A DNA stretch of 64,000 nucleotides from NCBI RefSeq assembly GCF_018350175.1, contig NC_058381.1:54064001-54128000 (forward strand), read 5' to 3'. This document shows positions 24,801 through 36,800 of this stretch, in pieces; position 1 is the stretch's first letter; the number at the start of each line of letters is the position of its first letter. Made by a program: the position numbers and the translations under genes. This DNA is from Felis catus (Eukaryota). The notes under the pieces are model-generated. The model was given only the letters and a program-made list of their open reading frames with translations. It made no database searches and was not told the origin of the DNA.

Positions 24801-27800
24801 CTTCTCTGCAGAAATATTTAGGGAGGGAAGGATACAGTGGCCTGGGATCTGCTTAAAAATATTCCAGGGGAGAGGCAGAGGGTTGGGGAATAGAAGGAGC
24901 ACGTGTGATCACGAGCCGGTAATTGCTGACGTCAGGATACACTGTGGTCTTCTAAAGTCATTACGGTTTTCCCTCTACTATTGTAGATGTTGGAAAAATT
25001 TTAGCAATTAAAAGGCGAGGGTGGGGGGAGTCCATTCTCGTTGGAGGTACACAAGGGAAGGGACAGGCACTGCCGTTAACCTCCCTGTGATACCGAAGGC
25101 CAAAGAAGAAACAAAATGCCTGCTTATATCCATCGGTACTTAGAAAAAAAAAAAATCAAGTTATAGTTACCATTTTACCATGAACGCATATGACACATTT
25201 TCTTTTTAATGCAAGAAAAGGCATAGGCTCCGGAGTTTGAATCTGAGCCTCTGTGGCCTCTTCCCACTCTGTCTGGGCCTGAATTGCCTGAACTCTCCCG
25301 GCCACTTGCACCTGCCTTAGGGGTGGCTCAGTCGGTCGAACGTCTGACTTAGGCTCAGGTCATGATCTCGCAGGTCATGAGTTCGAGCCCCGCGTCGGGC
25401 TTGCTGCTGACAGCCCGTCAGCACAGAGCCCGCTTCAGATCCTCTGTCCCCTCCCCCTGCCCCTCTCTCTGCTTACGCTCTCTCTCTCTCTCAAAACAAA
25501 AAAATAAATAAATCATTTAAAAAACCTTTCAAAAAGAGAAGCAGCCCAGCCCTGTCCTCCCCGCCCCCAATTTGTGTAAGAAAACTCAGAATTGGCAGCA
25601 AGAAGCTAATTGTTCCCAGCTCAGCTCGTCGGCACAGTGCGAGCCTCCCCTTTTCCCTCCGCTGCCTCCCCCCAGAGTCCCAATTAGGAGGCTTTTCCAG
25701 CCAGCCAGGCAGCCCGCGCTGCGAACGTTCAGCTGCAGCTCCCTGCCCCAGGACGGCCCTGCTCGGCCCTGGCGCCCTGCCTTCCTGGGAGCAAGAGGGC
25801 TGTGGCAGGGGGAGCCCCCGGCTCTGGACCATCCCTCCTTTGTTTGCAACCCCAACAGAAATGTCTCTGCGGTTTAATCTCGGTCCCCTTTCTGCCCAGC
25901 CATCCCCAGCTTGCAGCAGTAACAGCCCAGGCTGCCAGTCCTAGGGATCGTCTTGGCTGTTCCACCCGTGCAAACGTGCAACAGAGGGAGTGCGGGAGCC
26001 TTCTGGAAGTGTCCGCGGTCACCAGGAGGTCACCAGGTCTCTGGGCTCAGAGCCTGCAGTGTCTCCCCTTCACGGCCTGCCCCCTGGTGGCCCACCCCTG
26101 ACATGCGCTGCCTCCCCTCCCGCATCTGGAGGGAGCCCACCCCATCCTCCCACCTGCTGTTGGGGGGGTGTGGCGGGGGGGGGCACAGCTGTAAACCATG
26201 GTGTGGACCGCATACTGTGCAATCCAGTTTTCTTAGTGGGGGTTGGCATGGGGTGAGAGCACAGACCCAGGTGTGGGATCAAGGTCTGGGTTCCAGGAAG
26301 GGATCGTTGAGATCCCAACTTTAAAAAAATTTTTTTTAATGCTTATTTATTTATTGCGAAGAATTTTTTTTTAATTTTTTAATGTTTTTTATTTATTTTT
26401 GAGACAGAGAGAGACAGAGCATGAACAGGGGAGGGGCAGAGAGAGAGGGAGACACAGAATCAGAAGCAGGCTCCAGGCTCTGAGCCATCAGCCCAGAGCC
26501 CGACGCGGGGCTCGAACTCACCGACCGCGAGATCGTGACCTGAGCCGAAGTCAGATGCTTAACCGACTGCGCCACCCAGGCGCCCCTATTGCGAAGAATT
26601 TTAAATGTTTCATTATTTTTGAGAGAGAGAGAGAGGCAGAGTGTGAATGGGGGAGGAGCAGAGAGAGAGGGAGACAGAGAATCTGAGGCAGGCTCCAGGC
26701 TCTGAGCTGTCAGCGGGGAGCCCGACGCGGGGCTCGAACCCACAAACCGCGAGATCATGACCTGAGCCGAAGTCGGATGCCTAACCTACCGAGCCGCCCA
26801 GGAGCCCCGAAAAGTCCTGATTTTTAGCACAGTTCCAATGATAGCAACTACAACAGCTGCTGTTGTTAGTTGCCACGGGCTGAACCGTGTCTCCCCTCCC
26901 CCCCCAAATTCACACGTGGATGTCCTAACCCCCAAGACCTCAGGATGTGACTGTATTTGGACAGAGCATCTTTAAAGAGGCAAGAAAGTTCAAATGAGAC
27001 CATTAAGGTGGTTTGTAGTCCAGCAAGGCCGGCGTCCTTCTAGGAAGAGGAAATCTGGACACACAGAGGAAAGACCACGTGTGGACATAGGGAGAAGGTG
27101 GCACCTGCACGCTGCGGACTGAGGCCCCGGAGGGACTCAGCCCCGTCGACACCTTGATCTAAAACGTGCAGCTTCTGGAACTGGAAGGAAATCCATTTTT
27201 GCGGCACTTGGTTAGGGCAGCCTGATCAGACGAATACATTTCCACCACGGCCACTATCATTTTCTGAGCGCTCGTTAATGTGTTTGTCACTGTGCTCAAC
27301 GAATTACAAGTATTATCTCATTTAATCCTCACTCCACCCCAAGGGACGGATGTCATTATCATCGTCCCTCACAAATGAGGAAATGGGAGTTTATTTTGGG
27401 TTTCCAGCAGCTAGAACAGTGCGGACAGGAGGGCTCAGTAAACATTCATCGAAGGAGGGAAGCTCAGACAGCTTACAGGACTTGTCCAGGGAGCCAGCAA
27501 GGGGCACAGCCAGAGCCAGGATCTTAACCACATCTGTCAGGGTCCTAGTCCTGTGCCCTTAACCATACTCTCTGTGGGGTCAGGTACATTATGCCAAGGA
27601 CGTGTGTCCCAGCAGGATGCCTGTTAGAGCCACAGCTTGGCGGGAAGAAGTCGATTCTGGATTTTTCTGAGGCCATGGCTATGCCCAGGTGTTTCTGAGC
27701 CTGAAACGAATCTGGTTTCGTTTATACCCTAGTCTCACCAAGAAAACTCCCAGGCACTGGGTCACAGACTGGGCAGTGTCCAGACCTCCCCCCCCCCCCC

Positions 27801-30800
27801 CCCCCCCCGCCTGGAAGTGGCCTTAGAGAGAGCCCGTGAGCCCTTGGCCTTGACCACGCGTCCTTTGTTTGGCTCGAACCAATGATTTTAAAAGGACGGG
27901 GGGGATCCCTCCCCTTTTCCCCTCCTCCTCAGCCCGTGGCCTCCCTCGGAGAATCCCCGGGCCTCCTCTTGGGGCCAGGAGAGGCCTCACATACCTTGTA
28001 GCCCTGGTTGATGCCGTTGATGAACTGGGGGCTGGGGGCATTCCAGGTGAAGCGGATGGTCGTGGAGTTGGTGGCTTCTGCGTGCACGTTGCCAGGAGGG
28101 ACGGTGGGGACTGGAGGAGAGCAGAGGTGGGGCGGCGGCGGGGGGGGGGGCAGTGCAGGAGAGCACGGTCAGTCTTGCCCGGTTAAGTAGAGCAAACACA
28201 GGGATGGGGTCTGCAGAATCCGCTTCGCCCCACCCCTTCTCCCCGCTTGCTCTGTGGACTTAAGACATCCTCTTTCTCTAGATTAGTGTGGGTTTAATAA
28301 AACTCGCCTGACCCATTTCACAGGCTACCAAGAAACAGAAGCGAGGGCTGTGAAAATACTCGGGGAGGTTTTTATGTACGATACTCCGTGTGAGCAGTCT
28401 CGTGATCCTGTGGTGGACTGCGTAGAAGGTGCCTGTAACCCGGAAGCTTCTGCCATGCTCGTGCTCCCCCCAACTCCTCTTTCCCTCAGGACGCTCCCAC
28501 CCTGCGGGGTAACCGGGGGCAGCGGGCAATAGCTCGGGACTGGATACAACAGGTGACACGGCTGAGGCAGGACGGGACAGGTACCGGACCGACAGGTGCG
28601 AGCCTGGGAGAGAGAGAAGCACCAGTCCTCCGTGGTCACAGTCCCCACCCACCTCCCTGCAGTGTCCACTCGGTGACTTTGCTGCTGTAGACACCCAGCC
28701 CGGCACTGTTGTAGGCGGCCACCTCGATCTCGTAGTTGGTCCAGATGATGAGGTCCTCCAACAGCAGGTTGTTGACATCGGCATCGGTGATGTTCTTGAA
28801 CTGGTACCCGACAGGCAGCCCGGCCAGGCAGTACCTGAGGGGCGGAAGGCAGGATGCGGTGGCTTGGAGTCAGCCTGCTTGGCGCGTGCCCAGGAAACCG
28901 GGTGTGACAGAGTAAATGTTCCATACCCACGCTGTCCAATATGGCAGCCATGAGCATATACGGCTGTTGGGCACTTGAAACGTGGTTGGCACTGGGAACC
29001 TGTACATTTATTTCCTTTATAGTCAAAATCACAGGTGACCAACGGCCGTCTCCCTGGATAGCACAGGCCTAGTGGATGTGTCTGTTCTTTCTGATGGGGG
29101 AGGACACTGGGGAGATGGCTACATGACCACGGACAATAAGAGTTCTGGGTAGATCACACTGGCCTCACCTTGGAGGGCTCATTGATGGAGGGCCAAGTCC
29201 AACCAAAGGTTGGGCTCATTTTCTTATACCCTCCAAAACAGTGGCTCCCTTTTTGACGGTCATTCCCTTAGGTGAAGGGAAAACATCTGAGGCTACCTAC
29301 TTTGCTAATTTCGACCTTCCATTGGAAGAAGAACACACGGTAATAAAGAAGTGGGGTCTGTTCAGGCGAAATTTTGGAGGCTGGATAGCCTCTACCCATT
29401 TTTGGAAAATCAGAGACCTCAAATTATTTTGATGTGTTACGACACCCCATAGCGGTGGTTCTCAGAGGCTTACCCCGCATCAGAACCCCCTGGAAGGCTT
29501 GTTAAAACACAGGTTTGCTGGGCCCACCCCAGAGTTTCCCATTCCGTAGGTCAGGTGTGGGACTTGAGAAGTTGCATTCGAATCGATGCTGCTGCCGGCC
29601 CCAGGACCGCCCTCTGAGAACCACCGCTGATTTGGGGCCACCAAAAGCTCACAACAAAATGAACCGATAAGGGAGCAAACTCAACAATAGCTTCTTCCAG
29701 AGAGCATAAGCCTATAGGAAAAGGGACATACCTTTTGCAGCCAGCCAGAATTCAGAACATTGGTGAATGTTCTGTAACTTCCATTTACGCTAATTTTAAT
29801 TCACAAAACCGAACTAATAGCACTTAATAACTCAGTCTGAGGTTATCAGGGACGTGCCCTCGGTCAAGGGGAGACAGAAAAGTCTATATAACTGGGCTTC
29901 AATTGGCAGTAAGGACCAAAGAAAGGAGGTCTGCTTTTTGACCAGTTCTTGACCCAGTAGTTGGTTTCAGTTGGAATGTTTTTGGTTTCCTGGGTGGTTG
30001 GCCCCTTGAATATTTTACCTGTCTCCCTGGGCCTGTGGAGCCGTGACATGTGGCAGACTTGCCCACCCATACAGCCTTGAGGACTCTACACTGTACCCCT
30101 TCCCTCAAGCATTCCCATTGGTTTCCAAGGCTCTGCCTTCTGGAAGTTCTTCTTTATGTCTAACCCAAGTCTTTCATAACACAGTGAAGTCACTTCTTGT
30201 TGCCGGGCCCTCGTTAGATGGGGAAAGACCCGCCGTGACCTTGCTGTTTCCCAGTCCACGTCCGACCCTCCCCTTGAGTCTGGGCTGCCCTACCTTTCCC
30301 GGGATTGGACGCCTACCTAATGATGTAGCCCTTGAGGAGGCCATTCTGGTGGCTCTCCGGAGGCGGCTGCCACTGGATCATGATGGACTGGTTGGTCCGG
30401 CCGCTGGCGATGACGTTCTGCGGAGGGGCCGTGGGGGGTTCCTCGGGAAGGGAGACCCTGGATATAAAAACGTCAAGAGTGGGTGGGACGGGTTGCTCGG
30501 GTGGCCTAGTTGGTTAAGGTGTCCGCCTCTGTTTTGGCTCAGGTCACGATCTCACGGGTCGTGAGCTGGAGCCCCACGTCGGGCTCTGCGATGACCGTGC
30601 GAAGCCTGCTTGGGATTCTCTTTCTCCCTCCCTCTCTCTGCCCCCTCCCCTGCTCGCATGCCCATGCCTGCGCTCTCTCTCCCCGCCCCTCAAAATCAAT
30701 AAATAAACATTAAAAAAAGAGTGGGTGCAGGGGTGCCTGGGTGGCTCCGTCGGTTAAGCGTCCGACTTTGGCTCAGGTCATGATCTCACGGTTCATGAAT

Positions 30801-33800
30801 TTGAGCCCCACGTTGGGTTCTGTGCTGACAGCTTAGAGCCTGGATCTGGCTTCCAGTTCTGTCTCCTCTCTCTGACCCTCCCCCGCTTAAGCTGTCTCTC
30901 TCTCTCTCTCTCTCAAGAATAAATAAACATAAAAAAAAGAGTGGGTGGGCTTTTCTACTCTTAGTCTTGATGGCAAACACAGGAGTTTAATGGGAAATGA
31001 GGAGGCTGCTTTGTTCCTGGATGACTCTGCACAACTGCTGTGCGCTTTTGGGCAAGTCACTTAACCTCTCTGAGCTTGTTTATCTTTTAAAGGAGTATAA
31101 TAAAGCTCCACCTGTCTGCTTTATAAGACTGGTTGAGGTTCAAATGACACCATGTATATATATGAATATTTTTAAAACGCTATAGGGGCGCCTGGGTGGC
31201 TCAGCCGGTTGAGCGTCCGACTTCGGCTCAGGTCATGGTCTCACAGTTCGTGAGTTCAAGCCCCGCGTTGGGCTCTGTGCTAACAAACAGCTCAGAGCCT
31301 GGAGCCTGCTTCAGATTCTGTACCTCTCTCTCTCCCTCCCCCTCCCCTGCTCATGCTCTGCTTCTCAAAAATAAATAAATGTTAAAAAAAATTTAAAAAA
31401 AAAAACATTATAAAGCCCCAGATGTGTGTATTTTCTGTGCAGGAAAGGGACCTTGGCCTGAGCTTCTCACGTGCCCAAGAAGCTGCTGTTGGAGACGATG
31501 ATGTCATAAGTGACCAGGAATGTCAGAAGCAGGGATGTTTTTCACTTCCCGGTTGCAAGCTGTAACTAGGTTTCCTTTTCCGACCAGCTGGGCCCAGGGC
31601 TGGGGACGGGCAGGCCGGGCGGGGCTGGCGAGGCGCGTGCGCGAGCCCATCGCCCGCTTCCGGAAGCGAGTGCCACTGCATTGCCTCCTCTGGAGCTGCC
31701 AGGGGACACGGCGTTCCACCGGGGTGCCGCAAAACTGACACGCATCCATTAAAAGCAAAAGTTAATTATTTTTGATGGATGTCTCTCCCTTTCAGCTTAT
31801 TTTTATGTTTTTGCTTTCTGACGGAGAGCTTTGCAACGCGTACTGCACACTCCCACGTCTTTGTAAAGCCTGCAGCGAGGGCGATTTCACCTTTTTCTTT
31901 GTGACTCAGGGCTGTTAGCATGAGGATTCATCAGGAAGATGAATCAGGGTTTGAAATGAAGCCTGAAGACGTGGAGAAAGTGTAGGGTAGATGTCCCAGC
32001 ACTTTGAGGCTTTCTACTGTTGGGATTTTGTAGTTCTGAAGGGGTGGGGCCGTGTCCACGTTGTTCCCCGAACCACTGACGGACCACACACAGCCTGGCA
32101 CATAGTAGGTGTTCAATCAGCAGCGAGTGAATACATTCTCCTGTAAGTGCCCTCCTGTTAGCTGCCACCTCTCTCTCCTGTGACGGTGCCACCACCCCTG
32201 TGGCATCCCCCCAGTGAGAACCAGAAAGACTTAAGCTCACTGGAACTGTGGCAAAACCCAACGATTGTTTTAAGCCAGAGGTCTGCATACACACACCTAA
32301 GAGAATCCTTTAAAGAGCCAAGTACGTTCTTGGCTCCCTTGTAAACTGTCAGCTGACCGTATNNNNNNNNNNNNNNNNNNNNNNNNNNNNNNNNNNNNNN
32401 NNNNNNNNNNNNNNNNNNNNNNNNNNNNNNNNNNNNNNNNNNNNNNNNNNNNNNNNNNNNNNNNNNNNNNNNNNNNNNNNNNNNNNNNNNNNNNNNNNNN
32501 NNNNNNNNNNNNNNNNNNNNGGCTACTCAAGGTCTTTTGTGGCTCCAAACACATTTTAGGACTGTTTTTTTCTTTTTCCTCATTCTGTGAAAGACGCCAT
32601 CGGAATTTTGATAGAGGTTGCACCGAATTTACACGTGGACATTTTGGGTAACATGGATATTAATTCTTCTCAGTGGGGAAAGGAAAGTCTCTTTAATACA
32701 CGGTGTTGGGGAAACTGGACAGCCCACATGCAGAGGAATGAAACCGGACCCCTAGCTTACACCAGTCACAAAAATTAACTCAAAAACGGGGTGCCCGGGT
32801 GGCTCGGTTGGTTGAGCGTCCGACTCTTGGTTTGGGCTCCGGTCATGATCTCACGGTTCATGAGTCGGAGCCCCGAACGTCAGCCTCTGCGCTGACATCG
32901 TGGAGCCTGCTTGGGATTCTTGCTTTCTTTCTCCCTCTGCCCCTCCCCGACGTGCGCACGCTCTCTCTCCAAATAAATAAATAAACTTAAAAAATCGAAT
33001 CAGCTGGAGATCTAAAGGAGAACAACGAAAAAAAAAATTAAAGACTTAATCGTAGGACCCTAACTTGTCAAACTCCTGGAAGAAAACATAGGGACAAGCT
33101 CTTTGATGTTGGTCTGGGCAGTGGGTTCCAGGAGACGACACTCAAAGCACAGGCAATAAAAGCAAAGATAAGTAAGTGGGACCACAGGAAATGAACAAGC
33201 TCCTGCACGACAAAAGAAACAACCGACAAAATGAAACGCTAAATCTGCAAACCATATATCTGATAAGGGGCTAATATTCAGAATATATAAAGAACTCATA
33301 CAACCCAATAGCAATAAATAAATAAGTAACCCAAAAAACCAACAACAAAAAACCCCCAACCCGAATTAGAAATAGGCAGATCTGAACAGGCATTTTCCCC
33401 ACGAAGACACACAGATGACCAACAGGTGGGTGAAAAGGAAATGTGAATGAAAACCAGTGAGGTGTCACCCCACACCTCGTAGATCAGCTCTCATGGAAAA
33501 TCGAAAAGACAAGACAGAACAGGCATTGTCAGGGATGTGGAGAGAAGGGAACCCTCGTGCACTGTGGGTGCTTCTAGTGTGGGAAACAAAATGGCGGCCC
33601 CACAAAAGATTAAAAAATCCATCCACAGGATGGGGCGCCTGGGTGGCTCAGTCGGCTGAACGTCCAACTTCAGCTCAGGTCATGATCTCGCGGTCCGTGA
33701 GTTCGAGCCCCGCGACGGGCTCTGTGCTGACAGCTCGGAGCCTGGAGCCTGCTTTGGATTCTGGGACTCTGGCTCTCTCTGCCCCTCCCCCCCCTGCACT

Positions 33801-36800
33801 CTGTCTGTCTCAAAAATAGAACAGACATTAAAAACAAATTTTTAAAACATCCATCCACAGGAGATGAACACAGGATCTCGAAGATCTGTCTGCACGTGGA
33901 AACACCCTACGTATCTGTCAATGGATGGGTCCATCAAGCAGATGTGGTAGATGAATACGATGGAATATTATTCAGCTATGAGAAAGAAGGACCATTTGCA
34001 CCAACAAACACTGTGCGATCTCATACGTGGGGTCTACAAAAGCTGAATCTAAGAGAAACAGAGAGGAGGGTGGTAGTTACCGAGAGCTAGTGAGGGAGGG
34101 ACATGGGAAGATAGTGGTCAAGGCTACAGCCTTCTAGTTAGAAGCTTAACAAATCCTGGGGATCTGAAGTATAGCCTGGGGATGATAGCTGAAAGTTCCG
34201 TATCGTCTACCTGCTCAGAGAGGAGGTCGAAAGTGTCCTCACCACGAAAAAGAAATGGACGTGTCAGCTAATCACATGGGAACATACAATCTATCGAATC
34301 AAAACACTGTGCCTTCAACTCACACCGTGTCACCTGTCAATTAGAATCTCAATACATCTGGAAAAAATGAAGAGAAATATAAGAAAAGGAATGCTTTGGT
34401 GCATGGGATTTGTGTCACCGTCACTCTGCCCTCTTGTTGCATGGCTTCTTTCTCCCCAGAGGGGACCACCTGGTTACAGGACTTAAGCGGCCAGAATCAG
34501 TCGCCTCCTACGGAAGCGGGTATTACCGGGTGATGCTCGAAAATGGACGACCCTCTGTTTTTCCTCAATTTTCATCATCTTTAAAACAGCCTCGCCGAAA
34601 GCTTAACCAGACCTGGCGTCTTGCAAGGCACTGGATACGGACATCTGTCACGTGCACGTAACAGTGACGGCGGCCGACAGGGGAGGCAGAGCAGAGCGAG
34701 GGGAGTCTTTGAACTCGCTCGGCTCCCAGTGAGAGGGACCATTAAATCGGTGCTGATCCTGCCCCGGGCACTGCTCACGGCACCTCCCCCGGGTGACCTT
34801 TCACCTTGGCGGCATCCCTGTGAGCCAGGTGTGAGTGACGCTACCCCTTTCGACAGAGGTAGACACCAAAGCCCCCAGGATCCGCACACAGCGGGCCCCG
34901 CGTGGCCATACTGGTCTCGGCCGTAGGCAGCCCCCCTCAGCCTCGCCGGCCAATGGGGTCACCGAGACCCACCGGGCGAGAGCACCTGCTCCCCTCACCT
35001 CTCCGTGTCCTTGCTGAACTGTCCCTTCCCCACGTCGTTGACGGCACAAAGACGGAACTGGTAGGAGCGCGCGGGCACCAAGCCCTTGACCATCACGGAG
35101 GTAGCCTCGGGGTCCACGCTGGCCAGGAGCACGGTCCAGGGGGCATCTACAAGGACAGAGGGTGGAGGCAGAGGTGGACACCCCGGGGGCCGTGTTCCTT
35201 ACCCCCAGCCCCGTTTGGGCCAGCAGAGGCGCGCCTCCCCCAACTCAATCCGGCAGAGGCTGGTCGCGTCATTTTCCTGGGTCCCCTTAGCCCACGTGTC
35301 CCAGGGGGTCGGAGCGTCCTGGGGAGGGAGCAAGGACTCATGGGAACAGAGATGGCAGGTGTCTTTTCTATCTTTTTTCTCCCCCCCTCGAATCGATGCG
35401 CTCCAGGCAAACTGTATTGAAAATGCCCCTGAAACAAGGCCTGTTAATTCTGCGGGTCCCAGTCTGGAGGCTAAAGAAGAAAAAGAGTCGCCACGGCCTT
35501 GGAGGCTCTAGAGAGGCAGGTCCTGAGTCCCGCACCTCACAGACATGATCTCATTCAACGGCCACAGCGGCCCGAGGAGGCGGATGCCATCGCTCGTTCT
35601 GCAGGGACGCGGAGGCCTCCAGAAGGTCTGCTCAAAGGCAGAGAACTGGGACGTGGGGGAGCTGGATCCCGGCCCCGGGCCGCCTCCCCGAGCCCGTGCC
35701 TCCGGCTGGCTGCGGCGGGAAGCCTTACTGTTCTCCGACATCTCCAGGACGTAGCGAAGCAGGGGGCTGTTGCCGTCGAAGGGCTTGGCCCACGTCAGGT
35801 TGATGGCCCGCCTCTCCGCTGTGCTGAGGGTCGCCACAGGGCGCTCGGGGGCGTGGGGCAGCTGCCTGGGGGAGAGAGGTGTGGCGGGGCCGGCTGTGAG
35901 GTCTGGAGTCAGGTGACACACGGGCACCAGGGCTCAGACTGAACTTCGAGATGCCTCAGCCGCCAAGCTCGGCCTTCGGGCCGGCCACCCGGAGGCTCTG
36001 CTCCCTGGCTTACGGGCCTACCTGTCCTACCTGTCCCCAGACTCCTCTGCTCTTGACAGAAGGCCTCACTGGGCTGCGGTTGGGGGGGGGCCGGGGCAGG
36101 CTGCCCCCTTACCTGACGCGCAGGTGGGCACTTCGAGAGTCATTGCCCCCGGCTGAGAGCACCCGGCAGGTGTAGGTGCCGATGTCCCCCGACCACGTCT
36201 GTGAGATGTGCAGGGAGCCGTTTTTGTCAAGACGGATGCGGGGGTTGCTCTCCATGCCCAGGGTGGCCCCATCCTTCTCCCAGACGTACCTGAGAGTAAG
36301 AAGCACCAGTCAGTAAAGAGAGGTAGGGAACTAGGGGGCACTTCTGGGGCTCAGCCCAGGGCGGATCTGGAGGAGAGTTCCAAAGGCGGCAGAGTCCCCC
36401 CCCCGGCCCCCCCACGCCCCGGGGCTGGTCTGGGGCCGGAGCACGGTGGGCGCCCGATCAGCCCCCAGCCCACCGTCCCCGTGGCAGGTGCTCCGTCCGG
36501 GAGGGTTAGCACACGAAGCCGTCACACCTCTATCTCAGGTCTAGGTCAGAGCCGTGTTGCTTTTGGCCAGAAGCGACTGCCAAGCAGCCAGCACAAAAGA
36601 GCCGGCAAAAGGTAATCTTCCGAAGAGGTTAAAAGATTACAGCTGGAAAAAGAATTAACGTTTCCGCACAGACTGCATTTTGGAATTAGTTTTATGAGGG
36701 GAATCATTAGATCAATGCATCACTGTGACAAATTGACTTCAGTGTCCAAAAAATCACTTTAGCTTCGGTCAGTCAGTACAAAGGGGGACTTGAGAAATTA

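Larger units (their letters stand above)
32325..34390 (+). mobile_element. 5'-truncated, 5'-inverted L1 (L1MA-like 3' UTR), interrupted by two SINEs and a gap
   Basis: 32325-32665 reads as ORF2 on the minus strand (atcaaaattccgatggcgtctttcacagaa...); 32665-34390 continues ORF2 and the 3' UTR on the plus strand (cagtggggaaaggaaagtctctttaata...tcaatacatctggaaaaaa). Confidence 0.8.

Noticed and set aside
28278-29042. Long minus-strand ORFs overlapping exon 17 in other frames (also 43937-44644 and 46930-47715)
   Set aside because: Explained by exon read-through into GC-rich intron or by out-of-frame overlap; only the spliced frame matches SDK2.
33586-33600. YY1-like AAAATGGCGGC
   Set aside because: It lies within L1 ORF2-derived sequence and is probably coincidental.
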